From an uncultured Anaerolinea sp. (lineage in GTDB: Bacteria > Chloroflexota > Anaerolineae > Anaerolineales > Anaerolineaceae), in NCBI GenBank assembly GCA_964634855.1, contig CAZWKK010000002.1, positions 1 to 28,559 of the forward strand: a DNA stretch of 28,559 nucleotides. Reading direction: 5' to 3'. The notes below the pieces were generated by a model, which was given only the letters and a program-made list of their open reading frames with translations, ran no database searches and was not told the origin of the DNA. Of the stretch, positions 9,452 to 17,022 are shown one piece after another (the stretch's first letter is position 1; every line of letters starts with the position of its first letter). A program made the translations under genes and the position numbers.

Positions 9452-10612
9452 TTATTCTTTACCCGCGAGGGTCCAAACAATCAGTTCCGGGCGACAGAAA
9501 AGGCGAACCCTTGGGGCAATGCCCCCTTCCATGCCCAACCCTCGGGTGACGTACAATGTCATGTCTTTGAGCAGGTAGCGGCCCGATTCAAACAGTTTGC
9601 CGTAAAGAGAGGCGGCATAAAGGGCACCGAAGAAAGGTAGACGAACCTGCCCGCCGTGGGTGTGGCCGGAGAGTTGCAGGTCAAAACCCTGACTGGCAGC
9701 CAGAGGAGCCAGATCTGGCGAGTGGTAAAGTAGAATACTCACGGCGGCTGGGTCTGGTGAATAAAAGGTCTGCAATGTTTGCAGGTCTCGTTCAGGCAGG
9801 TGGGTGCAGGTGAGGCCAACGATCTGTACTGAGGTTTCTCCCAATTGAACACTACCAACTTGATTATTCAGCCATTGAAGTGGCGTTCCTGCAATTGTTT
9901 TGGCAAAAACTTCAGGTGGATCCACTGGCGGTGAGCCGGTTACGGCAAAGACGCCCAGTGGGGCGTGCAGTTTCGTGAGAAAATCTCGTGCCTCGCTCTG
10001 GGCAGTCTCATCTTGAACGTAGGAGAGGTTCAGCACATCCCCGCTAAAAAGAATGAGGTCTGGTTTTTCCGCTTCCAGTACCTGCAAGATCTTTTGTTCG
10101 CGCCGGGTAAGACGCTCAATGTGCAGATCCCCCAAATGGACCACTTTGAGCGATTGATCCTGGGGGATCTTGCTGGTTTCAAGGGTCTCCCGGTGGACAT
10201 CCAAACTTTGGGGCTCAAGGTAAAAGCCGATGACCACAAGCAGAGTGCCAATGGTTTGTAATACCAGAGCCGGCCAGAGGGGGAGCAGGCCAAATGCTGC
10301 ACGCAAAACAGCCAATATTAAAACCACGGGTTTGACCGGGCCATAGGAAGTACAAGTCTTGGGTAAGAGGGAAATCAGTAACCAATCGAGAAGCATAAAC
10401 GCCAGCAGTAAAGCTGCTTTGAGCAGATTGGTCCAGGCAACCAGAGAAGCCAGCAAGGCCAGAATGATGAAAAACGCGATGCCGGGAATTTTCGAAATGG
10501 CTGAACCCGCATTTAAGATCGTGTCAAACGGATTGCCGGCAGTACCGGGCAACCAGCTTGAATTTTCGAAGGAACGCGGAGAAACGTCACGGCGACGGAT
10601 TTTAGGGGGCAT
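9452..10612 (-). CDS. Membrane-anchored calcineurin-like metallophosphoesterase (YkuE/YaeI-like)
   Basis: N-terminal hydrophobic segments, then GDLH, GDVL, LLYHSPD, SGHTHGGQ and YVTRGLG. Motif III is atypical (GSPP instead of GNH[DE]). Confidence 0.85.
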   Translation of the reverse strand: MPPKIRRRDVSPRSFENSSWLPGTAGNPFDTILNAGSAISKIPGIAFFIILALLASLVAWTNLLKAALLLAFMLLDWLLISLLPKTCTSYGPVKPVVLILAVLRAAFGLLPLWPALVLQTIGTLLVVIGFYLEPQSLDVHRETLETSKIPQDQSLKVVHLGDLHIERLTRREQKILQVLEAEKPDLILFSGDVLNLSYVQDETAQSEARDFLTKLHAPLGVFAVTGSPPVDPPEVFAKTIAGTPLQWLNNQVGSVQLGETSVQIVGLTCTHLPERDLQTLQTFYSPDPAAVSILLYHSPDLAPLAASQGFDLQLSGHTHGGQVRLPFFGALYAASLYGKLFESGRYLLKDMTLYVTRGLGMEGGIAPRVRLFCRPELIVWTLAGKE

Positions 10613-10614
10613 GG

Positions 10615-11127
10615 TTATTTAGTTTGCAGAGATTCCAACCATTTTTGCAGCGGGGCATAGGTAATGAGGCTGCCAATGCGTTCCACAAAGGGAATGTTTT
10701 CAGGGTGAGAGCTGGCCAATGTATCGCGGATGATGATGGGTGTGAGATCCAGGTCGAGTGCGCCACGGTAGGTGGAAAGCACACAGTTTTCCGCTTCAAA
10801 ACCGGTGAGGAAAAGGGTATCCACACCCATTTCCTGCAGCTTTTCCAGCAGAGTAGTTTTATTGAAGGCGTTGCCATACGTTTTGTCGATGTGCAGGTCT
10901 GTGGGCTGAATTTCAAGTGATTCTGGAACATCATAGCCATCCGAGCCGGGAACGAACCCCCATTCCGGTTCGCTGTTGCGTACACAGATCACGGGCAGGT
11001 CAAACTTACGGAACAGGCCAATATAATAATTGATCACACCGATAGCTTTCGTGAGGGATTCTGCCCCTTCCGGGCTTTCTCTGAAATACGCCTGTTGAAT
11101 ATCAATTACCAATAATGCAGGTTTCAT
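10615..11127 (-). CDS. Isochorismatase-family cysteine hydrolase
   Basis: LLVIDIQ (Asp), IDKTYGNAF (Lys), TGFEAENCV (Cys). Start placed at 11127 (MKPALLV) behind a GAGGAG RBS. Its stop lies 2 nt from the next gene's start. Confidence 0.88.
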   Translation of the reverse strand: MKPALLVIDIQQAYFRESPEGAESLTKAIGVINYYIGLFRKFDLPVICVRNSEPEWGFVPGSDGYDVPESLEIQPTDLHIDKTYGNAFNKTTLLEKLQEMGVDTLFLTGFEAENCVLSTYRGALDLDLTPIIIRDTLASSHPENIPFVERIGSLITYAPLQKWLESLQTK

Positions 11128-11164
11128 GCTTACTCTCCTCATAATCTTTTTAAATCATTTCTGG

Positions 11165-11192
11165 ATTGTATCATTTTGGACAATTAAATCAA
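11165..11192 (-). promoter_or_regulatory. Candidate promoter for the isochorismatase/metallophosphoesterase pair
   Basis: Minus strand TTGATT, 16 bp spacer, TACAAT with TG extended -10; lies just downstream of the gcv terminator. Confidence 0.45.
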
Positions 11193-11219
11193 AACTCCGC
11201 CTGCAGAGAAGCGGAGTTT
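11186..11219 (-). terminator. Intrinsic terminator of the gcv operon
   Basis: Minus strand CTCCGCTT-CTCTGC-AGGCGGAG followed by TTTTGATTT, just after the gcvPB stop at 11226. Confidence 0.75.
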
Positions 11220-11225
11220 GAACAT

Positions 11226-12689
11226 TTAGTTATTATCGGGAAGCCAACAGCAGAGCACGAGCTCCTTGGCGGCTTTGACCTCGTCGAGGCGGCCAACTGG
11301 AGTGTCATGCGGGGCGTCTTTGAGCAATTGCGGCTCTGAATGCGCTTCATTGGCGATCTTGAGCAGGGCTTCGGCAAAGAGATCCAGTGTCTGCTTGCTC
11401 TCCGTCTCGGTCGGCTCAATCATGAGCGCTTCATGCACAATGAGTGGGAAGTAGTTCGTGGGCGGATGGAACTTGTAATCCATCAGCCGTTTGGCCACAT
11501 CCAGTGCGTGTACCTCGGGTGCATCCGCCCAACAGCCTTCCAGAACAAACTCGTGCATGCAAACACGTTGGTAGGGAAGCACGAAGGCGCCTTTGAGTTT
11601 GGAGAGAAGATAGTTGGCGTTGAGCACAGCGTATTCAGATATCTTGCGCAGGCCATCCGGCCCGTGCATGCGGATATAGGTGAAGGCGCGAACCATCATA
11701 CCGAACTGGCCGTAGAAAGATTTTACGCGGCCGATGGTATGTTTGGGTTGAATGAACCCGTACATGGGTGGAATTTCGTCTGTACCCTCTTCCGTGATGC
11801 CAACGATTGGGGTAGGCAGGAAATCAGCCAGGTGTTTGGCCACGCCTACAGGTCCGCTGCCGGGACCGCCGCCACCGTGCGGGGTAGAGAAGGTCTTGTG
11901 CAGGTTGAAGTGCATCACATCAATGCCCAGGTCGCCGGGACGGGCAATGCCAAGCAGCGCGTTTAGATTGGCGCCATCGCCATAGACCAGACCGCCACAG
12001 CCATGTACCAGCTTGATGACTTCCAGCACGTTCTCATCGAACAGGCCAAGGGTGTTGGGGTTGGTGAGCATTAACCCAGCAACTGTCTCATCGCAGAGGG
12101 TCTTTAACACAGTCAGATCCACATTACCGCGGGCATCTGAGGGCACGGGTACCACCTCGTAGCCGCTCATGGCAGAGCTGGCCGGGTTGGTGCCGTGCGC
12201 AGAATCGGGGATGAGGATGCGGGTACGTTTTTCATCGCCGCGTGAGCGATGGTAAGCGCGGATAACCATGACCCCAACCAATTCACCCTGAGCGCCGGCA
12301 GCCGGTTCCAGGCAGACAGAGGCAAATCCGCTGATCTCTTTGAGGAATTCCTGCAGGTTATACATCAGCGCCAGGTTGCCTTGCACGGTTTCCACTGGCT
12401 GCAGCGGATGCACCTGGGAGAAGCCTGGAATACGGGCGGTCTCTTCGTTGATCTTGGGGTTGTACTTCATGGTGCAGGAACCCAGGGGATAGAAACCACT
12501 ATCAATGCTGTAATTCAGGCTGGATAGATGGGTAAAATGACGAACCACATCCAGCTCAGAAAGTTCGGGTAAGGGGAGATCTGTACGGACTAAACCTTCT
12601 GGCAGGGCTGTTTCCGGGACATCAGGTTGGGGGAAGCGTACGCCCTGGCGTCCTTTGGAAGAAAGCTCATAAATGGTGAGTTCAGTCAT
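11226..12689 (-). CDS. gcvPB: Glycine dehydrogenase (decarboxylating) subunit 2
   Basis: GFYPLGSCTMKYNPK, AHGTNPASS, LTNPNTLGLF, PLP lysine motif HFNLHKTFSTPHGGGGPG, ALMIEPTETESK. Confidence 0.98.
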   Translation of the reverse strand: MTELTIYELSSKGRQGVRFPQPDVPETALPEGLVRTDLPLPELSELDVVRHFTHLSSLNYSIDSGFYPLGSCTMKYNPKINEETARIPGFSQVHPLQPVETVQGNLALMYNLQEFLKEISGFASVCLEPAAGAQGELVGVMVIRAYHRSRGDEKRTRILIPDSAHGTNPASSAMSGYEVVPVPSDARGNVDLTVLKTLCDETVAGLMLTNPNTLGLFDENVLEVIKLVHGCGGLVYGDGANLNALLGIARPGDLGIDVMHFNLHKTFSTPHGGGGPGSGPVGVAKHLADFLPTPIVGITEEGTDEIPPMYGFIQPKHTIGRVKSFYGQFGMMVRAFTYIRMHGPDGLRKISEYAVLNANYLLSKLKGAFVLPYQRVCMHEFVLEGCWADAPEVHALDVAKRLMDYKFHPPTNYFPLIVHEALMIEPTETESKQTLDLFAEALLKIANEAHSEPQLLKDAPHDTPVGRLDEVKAAKELVLCCWLPDNN

Positions 12690-14034
12690 GCTTCACCTCC
12701 GCAAGAGCTTCTACGAGCGCATCAATTTCTTCACGCCGATTCATTTCTGTCACAGCGATGAGCATGTGATTCTTGAGCGTGGGGAAGTCTTTGCTCAGAT
12801 CATAACCACCCAGGATACCTTCATCCAGGAGTACGTTGTTGATCTGGTTTACAGGGCGTGGGCACTTAACCACAAATTCATGGAAGAAGGGAGTGGTGCC
12901 GACTACCTCAAAACCTGGGAGTTTGGCGATCTCTGCTGCAGCGTAATGCGCTTTCTGATAGCAGAGAGTGGATACCTGTTTGAAGCCAGATTTTCCCAAT
13001 AAGCTGAGGTAGATGGTGGCAGCCAAAGCGATGAGACCCTGGTTTGTGCAGATGTTTGAGGTGGCTTTTTCTCGGCGGATGTGCTGCTCGCGCGCGGTGA
13101 GGGTAAGCACATAGCCTTTGCGGCCTTGTGCATCTACTGTCTCACCCACCAGGCGGCCAGACATTTTGCGCGCATAATCCTTACGGGTAGCGAAAAAGCC
13201 CAGATAAGGCCCACCAAAGGAGAGGGGAATGCCCAAAGGTTGGCCTTCGCCAACCACAACATCAGCGCCAAATTCGCCTGGGGTCTTGAGCAGGCCAAGG
13301 GCAGTGGGGTTGGTGATGACACCCAACAGCGCACCTTTTTCATGCGCTTTGGCAGCGAGTTCGCTCAGATCGTAGACACGACCAAAGAAATCGGGGTATT
13401 GAACCAATACCATCGCGGTGTCTTCGTCAATCTGCGGCAACAGGTCAGTGGGTGCAGCAAAAGGATCTTGCTTGCTGCTGCCAGAGACGATCTGCATGTT
13501 CTCATATCCGCAAAGGTAAGAGCAAAGGACTTCACGGTACTGTGGGTTGATCGCTTCAGAGAGCAAAATCTTGCCCCGTTTACCGCGGAAGTGATGATAA
13601 GCCAAGACGCCAGCTTCAGCAGTCGCCGTAGCGCCGTCGTAATGGCTTGCGTTGGCTACTTCCATGCCCGTGAGGTTGGCGATCAGCGATTGGAATTCAA
13701 AGATCGCCTGCAGGGTTCCCTGCGAGATCTCTGGCTGGTAAGGGGTGTATGCAGTATAGAATTCACCACGGCGTAACAAGCTATCTACGGCCGCAGGCGT
13801 GTAATGATGGTAAGCGCCCGCTCCCAAGAAGCACACCAGATCCTTGACGGACTCATTGGCTAATGCAAATTCTTGCAGCTCAGCCAGCGCTTCCATCTCT
13901 GTGATGCCTTCAGGAAGATCTAATTTGGGGAACCGAAACTTTTCTGGAACATCGGTAAAGAGGTCTTCAATGCGTTTGACCCCGATGCTTTTCAGCATCT
14001 CCTCCGTTTCAATTTCGGTATGGGGGATGAACAT
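12682..14034 (-). CDS. gcvPA: Glycine dehydrogenase (decarboxylating) subunit 1
   Basis: FLGAGAYHHY, EFYTAYTPYQPEISQGTLQAIFEFQ, NASHYDG, GQPLGIPLSFGGPYLG, REQHIRREKATSNICTNQ. 8-nt overlap with gcvPB. Confidence 0.98.
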   Translation of the reverse strand: MFIPHTEIETEEMLKSIGVKRIEDLFTDVPEKFRFPKLDLPEGITEMEALAELQEFALANESVKDLVCFLGAGAYHHYTPAAVDSLLRRGEFYTAYTPYQPEISQGTLQAIFEFQSLIANLTGMEVANASHYDGATATAEAGVLAYHHFRGKRGKILLSEAINPQYREVLCSYLCGYENMQIVSGSSKQDPFAAPTDLLPQIDEDTAMVLVQYPDFFGRVYDLSELAAKAHEKGALLGVITNPTALGLLKTPGEFGADVVVGEGQPLGIPLSFGGPYLGFFATRKDYARKMSGRLVGETVDAQGRKGYVLTLTAREQHIRREKATSNICTNQGLIALAATIYLSLLGKSGFKQVSTLCYQKAHYAAAEIAKLPGFEVVGTTPFFHEFVVKCPRPVNQINNVLLDEGILGGYDLSKDFPTLKNHMLIAVTEMNRREEIDALVEALAEVKHD

Positions 14035-14426
14035 TAGTGGCTCCGCTCTGCGCAGAACTTTTCGTATGCGGCGGCATCCATCAGCGTGTCCAGTTCAGCC
14101 GGGCTGGAAAGTTCAACTTTGAGCATCCAGGCAGCACCGAATGGATCGGAGTTAACGGTTTCTGGAGTGTTGGAGAGGGCATCATTCACGGCAACGACTT
14201 TACCGGATACAGGTGCATTCACATCAGAGGCAGCTTTGACGGATTCAACAGTCGCGATGGTTCCGCCCTTTTTCACAGAATCACCAACGCCAGCGCTGAT
14301 CTCAACGAAAACGACATCAGAGAGCTGATCTTGGGCGAAATCGGAGATACCAATTGTGGCGACATTCCCTTCAACAGAAACCCATTCATCCGTGTTAGCG
14401 TACTTGTAATTAGATTCAAATTTCAT
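14034..14426 (-). CDS. gcvH: Glycine cleavage system H protein
   Basis: IGISDFAQDQLSDVVFVE, lipoyl-Lys motif VESVKAASDV, NSDPFGAAWM. Start placed at 14426 (MKFES) behind GGAGG; TAATG overlap with gcvPA. Confidence 0.98.
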   Translation of the reverse strand: MKFESNYKYANTDEWVSVEGNVATIGISDFAQDQLSDVVFVEISAGVGDSVKKGGTIATVESVKAASDVNAPVSGKVVAVNDALSNTPETVNSDPFGAAWMLKVELSSPAELDTLMDAAAYEKFCAERSH

Positions 14427-14451
14427 TGTTTCCTCCAGAATAATTTTGATT

Positions 14452-14486
14452 AAAGAAAAAGGACGCAAAACAATTTTGCGTCCTCT
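14452..14486 (-). terminator. Attenuator terminator (expression platform of the glycine riboswitch)
   Basis: Minus strand GGACGCAAAA-TTG-TTTTGCGTCC followed by TTTTTCTTT, between the second aptamer and the gcvH RBS. Confidence 0.85.
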
Positions 14487-14650
14487 GTGATCGACCTGAG
14501 AGATTCACCAGTTACCTGGTTTGCCCCTTCGGTGAAATTACACTTTCCAGAGTTTGGAAAAAAACCGGGGTCCTTTTTGCCTGAGAGATTCACCAGTTTT
14601 GCTGGTTTGCCCCTTCGGCGTCTGAGCATTCAGATCTCTTCCTCGGTTTT
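14483..14650 (-). ncRNA. Tandem glycine riboswitch (two aptamers)
   Basis: Minus strand GGAAGAGA...CGCCGAAGGGGCAA...AATCTCTCAGGCAAAAAGGAC, linker, CTCTGGAAAG...CACCGAAGGGGCAA...AATCTCTCAGG...ACAGAG. Matches the known tandem glycine aptamer pattern and lies directly upstream of gcvH. Confidence 0.95.
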
Positions 14651-14670
14651 CTTTGTTCTTTTGTAGATTC

Positions 14671-14699
14671 ATTCTAAGAATAGCTACCCAAAATGTCAA
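14671..14699 (-). promoter_or_regulatory. Sigma70-type promoter of the riboswitch-gcv transcript
   Basis: Minus strand TTGACA, 17 bp spacer, TAGAAT; predicted start about 14 nt before aptamer 1. Confidence 0.8.
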
Positions 14700-14726
14700 G
14701 ATAAATGGCTAATAAATCAGAGCAAT

Positions 14727-16001
14727 CTACGCGACGATTTTCTTGTGAGACAGTCTTTGTTTGAGGGTGGGCCAAAGGAAGAGGAAGAAGCCGAGCAAGC
14801 GGAAGGCAGCAGAGATCATCAGACCTACGCCTAAGCCGTACGAGTCGCCAATTGTTGTACCGATGACAGGGGCAAACACTGAGGAAAGGTACTGGATGCT
14901 CTGTGCGAAAGACACGAAAATGGCCGAATATCCAACAGGTACCGTTCGCATCAACTCATCAAAGAATACCAGGTCCAGGCCAGCCTGGAAAATACCCGCC
15001 ATGCCAGCAAATGCGGTGATCTGCAAGGTTGAATGACTGAACGACATGGCCAACGGGTACAGTGCCACACCCAGAGACGTCCAGATGAGTACTTTGGAGG
15101 GGCCATGTTTTCTTGATTGACGGGTCCAGACAAAATAGCCCACCACCAGGACGGCGGTTTGCACTGTGTTGATGATGGAGATCCAGCCATCACTGGCATG
15201 CACCACTCTGACCAGGTAAAGCGGAATCAGCGGAGCAGCCAAAGCTGTACCGGTCAGGAAAATAAACCGTTTGATGATAAAAGATAGGTACGGTTTTTCA
15301 GAGAGGATCAGGTCTTTATACTCTTTTACCTGTTCTGTAAAAGCGCGTTTGCCATAAGATAGACCTTGAGGTGTAGAGAATGGAATTCTGATGTGACTTG
15401 AATAGGTATAACTGATGAGCCCACCCAGTGAAAGTACAATGAACATGATCTGGTAATTGAGGGGGAAGACAACCCTGTCCAACAATTGACCAATTGCAAG
15501 GACACAAATGGTGGTGGTGATGCCCAATACCGACCAGCGGCGTGTCATTAACTCAAAGCGGCCGGAAGGACCAGCCACAGCATTCATCACCACAGAGAAG
15601 GTGATGGCTACGACCGTTTGTGGAATAGTGGCCAAAGCCCAAATGGCGAGAATAGCAATTACCACTGCCCGGTCTGGCAAGAGGAAAGAGGCAAACCCCG
15701 TCAACGCGTAACAGGCGATCACCATCAATCTGGCGATGCTGAACCAACGAACGATGTTAGGTTGTCGTTGTAAAAACCGTCCGAGTGGGATTGAAAGGAT
15801 CAACCCGGTGATGGCCGGCATAGAGGAGAGCAGGCCTACCTGGAAACTGCTGGCGTTTAAATGGGTCAAGAAAACAGGTAAGAAAGGAGATGCGGCATTT
15901 GCCAAACCGACGCCGATTGCATCGATCTGCACATTTGAATAATTCTTTCTCTCTGTTTCGGATAAATTTGCAGGTAGACTAAAGTTTCTTAATAATTTCA
16001 C
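14727..16001 (-). CDS. MFS transporter
   Basis: 424 aa, roughly 12 hydrophobic segments in two halves, GRFLQRQP loop after TM2. GTG start with a weak RBS; extended -10 TGGTATAAT (minus strand) at 16031-16039. Substrate unknown. Confidence 0.88.
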   Translation of the reverse strand: MKLLRNFSLPANLSETERKNYSNVQIDAIGVGLANAASPFLPVFLTHLNASSFQVGLLSSMPAITGLILSIPLGRFLQRQPNIVRWFSIARLMVIACYALTGFASFLLPDRAVVIAILAIWALATIPQTVVAITFSVVMNAVAGPSGRFELMTRRWSVLGITTTICVLAIGQLLDRVVFPLNYQIMFIVLSLGGLISYTYSSHIRIPFSTPQGLSYGKRAFTEQVKEYKDLILSEKPYLSFIIKRFIFLTGTALAAPLIPLYLVRVVHASDGWISIINTVQTAVLVVGYFVWTRQSRKHGPSKVLIWTSLGVALYPLAMSFSHSTLQITAFAGMAGIFQAGLDLVFFDELMRTVPVGYSAIFVSFAQSIQYLSSVFAPVIGTTIGDSYGLGVGLMISAAFRLLGFFLFLWPTLKQRLSHKKIVA

Positions 16002-16048
16002 ATAAAGATTCTGGGTTCAATGATTTGATTATTATACCAAGGGTGTGT

Positions 16049-16675
16049 TTATGGATTAATCAACACATCTGTCACGAGCATGGAGTTACATCCAGAGTCT
16101 TTCCACATGCCCAGGTAGTTACCTTCTTTGGAGTAGGCTTTTAGCTCATAGATCTCCCAACCTTTGATGATGACATGATCACCAACTTTGATCTTGAGCA
16201 ACTTGGTTTGAATGTCCTGATTCATCGGCACTGTGTGCAGCAGGTTGATGGTTCCTGAAGGAGAGTTCTCTGTGTTACTGTTCCAGTAGAAGTGATGATC
16301 CTCAACATTGGTCGAGACAAGGCGGCGGTCTGAATAATCGCCTGTGGTGACCAGAATATCCGAGGCGAGGATGGGAAAAACCAATTCATGGTCGTTATTG
16401 TAGTGCCGTACCAGACCATCGAAAACGCGATCATGATCTGCTTCATATAAAAGCGAAAAGAAGCTACCATCCGGCAGGGCGATTGAATGAAACCCGTTGG
16501 TGACGATCATGGTATCAAAATCTTCAAGGGGAGCTACGCCCACTTCTGCGCGGAAGAGGTAGATACCAGCAAAGACCAGGATGGCAAATATGAGGACCAG
16601 AATAGGCGTCCAGATCAGCGAAAGATAGGTCCTTCGTTTGATCTCTGAATTACGCCTTGGATAGAGAAAGTTCAT
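16049..16675 (-). CDS. Hypothetical protein with one N-terminal transmembrane anchor
   Basis: Start placed at 16675 (MNFLYP), downstream of the promoter at 16710-16738. Basic N-terminus (RRNSEIKRR), hydrophobic LIWTPILVLIFAILVFAGIYLF, then a soluble beta-rich domain. Confidence 0.7.
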   Translation of the reverse strand: MNFLYPRRNSEIKRRTYLSLIWTPILVLIFAILVFAGIYLFRAEVGVAPLEDFDTMIVTNGFHSIALPDGSFFSLLYEADHDRVFDGLVRHYNNDHELVFPILASDILVTTGDYSDRRLVSTNVEDHHFYWNSNTENSPSGTINLLHTVPMNQDIQTKLLKIKVGDHVIIKGWEIYELKAYSKEGNYLGMWKDSGCNSMLVTDVLINP

Positions 16676-16709
16676 ACAATCGCCTACTGTAGAATCCCTG
16701 AATAATTCG

Positions 16710-16738
16710 AGTATAATAGCAAAAGTATTGACGTTCAA
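16710..16738 (-). promoter_or_regulatory. Sigma70-type promoter for the hypothetical membrane protein
   Basis: Minus strand TTGAAC (16738-16733), 17 bp spacer, TATACT (16715-16710). Confidence 0.6.
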
Positions 16739-16783
16739 GCGAAGGAGGTGTTAAGCGAGTTTTCAGTCTTAAGTGGAAAGCCA

Positions 16784-16911
16784 AGCGCATGGCCTAGATC
16801 ATATTTCTAGGTGACGAGGATGAGGGTTCTTCACCGCAAGGTGAGGCTAACCGGGAAGACCGGGAAAATCGACAGATCAGCGGAAGCCCTTCAGGTGGCA
16901 AACAGCCCCTG
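16784..16911 (+). ncRNA. glmS (GlcN6P-activated) ribozyme, structural variant; predicted cleavage between A16784 and G16785
   Basis: A/GCGC...GG, P1 CCTAGA/TCTAGG, TGACGAGG, P2 TGAGGGTT/AGCCCTTCA, ATCGA, TCAGCGG, P3 GGTGGC-AAACA-GCCCC, all in the canonical order upstream of glmS. There is a 39-nt insertion at 16829-16867. Confidence 0.88.
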
Positions 16912-17022
16912 CACTTTCCAACATTTTCAATCAAATCATTCACCTAAATCCTGCCCGGGAACCCTGGCAGGGACGCTCTGCCTGTATATACAGGAAGGGT
17001 GTATTTGAAACATGGAGGATAC

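Noticed and set aside
11340-13776. Plus-strand ORFs 11340..11966 and 13081..13776
   Set aside because: Antisense shadows of gcvPB and gcvPA; the same applies to the other short overlapping ORFs in the track.
14495-14618. Direct repeat as a CRISPR array or mobile-element end
   Set aside because: Only two copies, both explained as the glycine aptamer cores; no cas or transposase gene in the window.
16748-16810. 20-codon uORF (GTG start) crossing the ribozyme cleavage site
   Set aside because: The SD abuts or overlaps the GTG with no spacing, so initiation is unlikely; kept only as the orphan-SD note.
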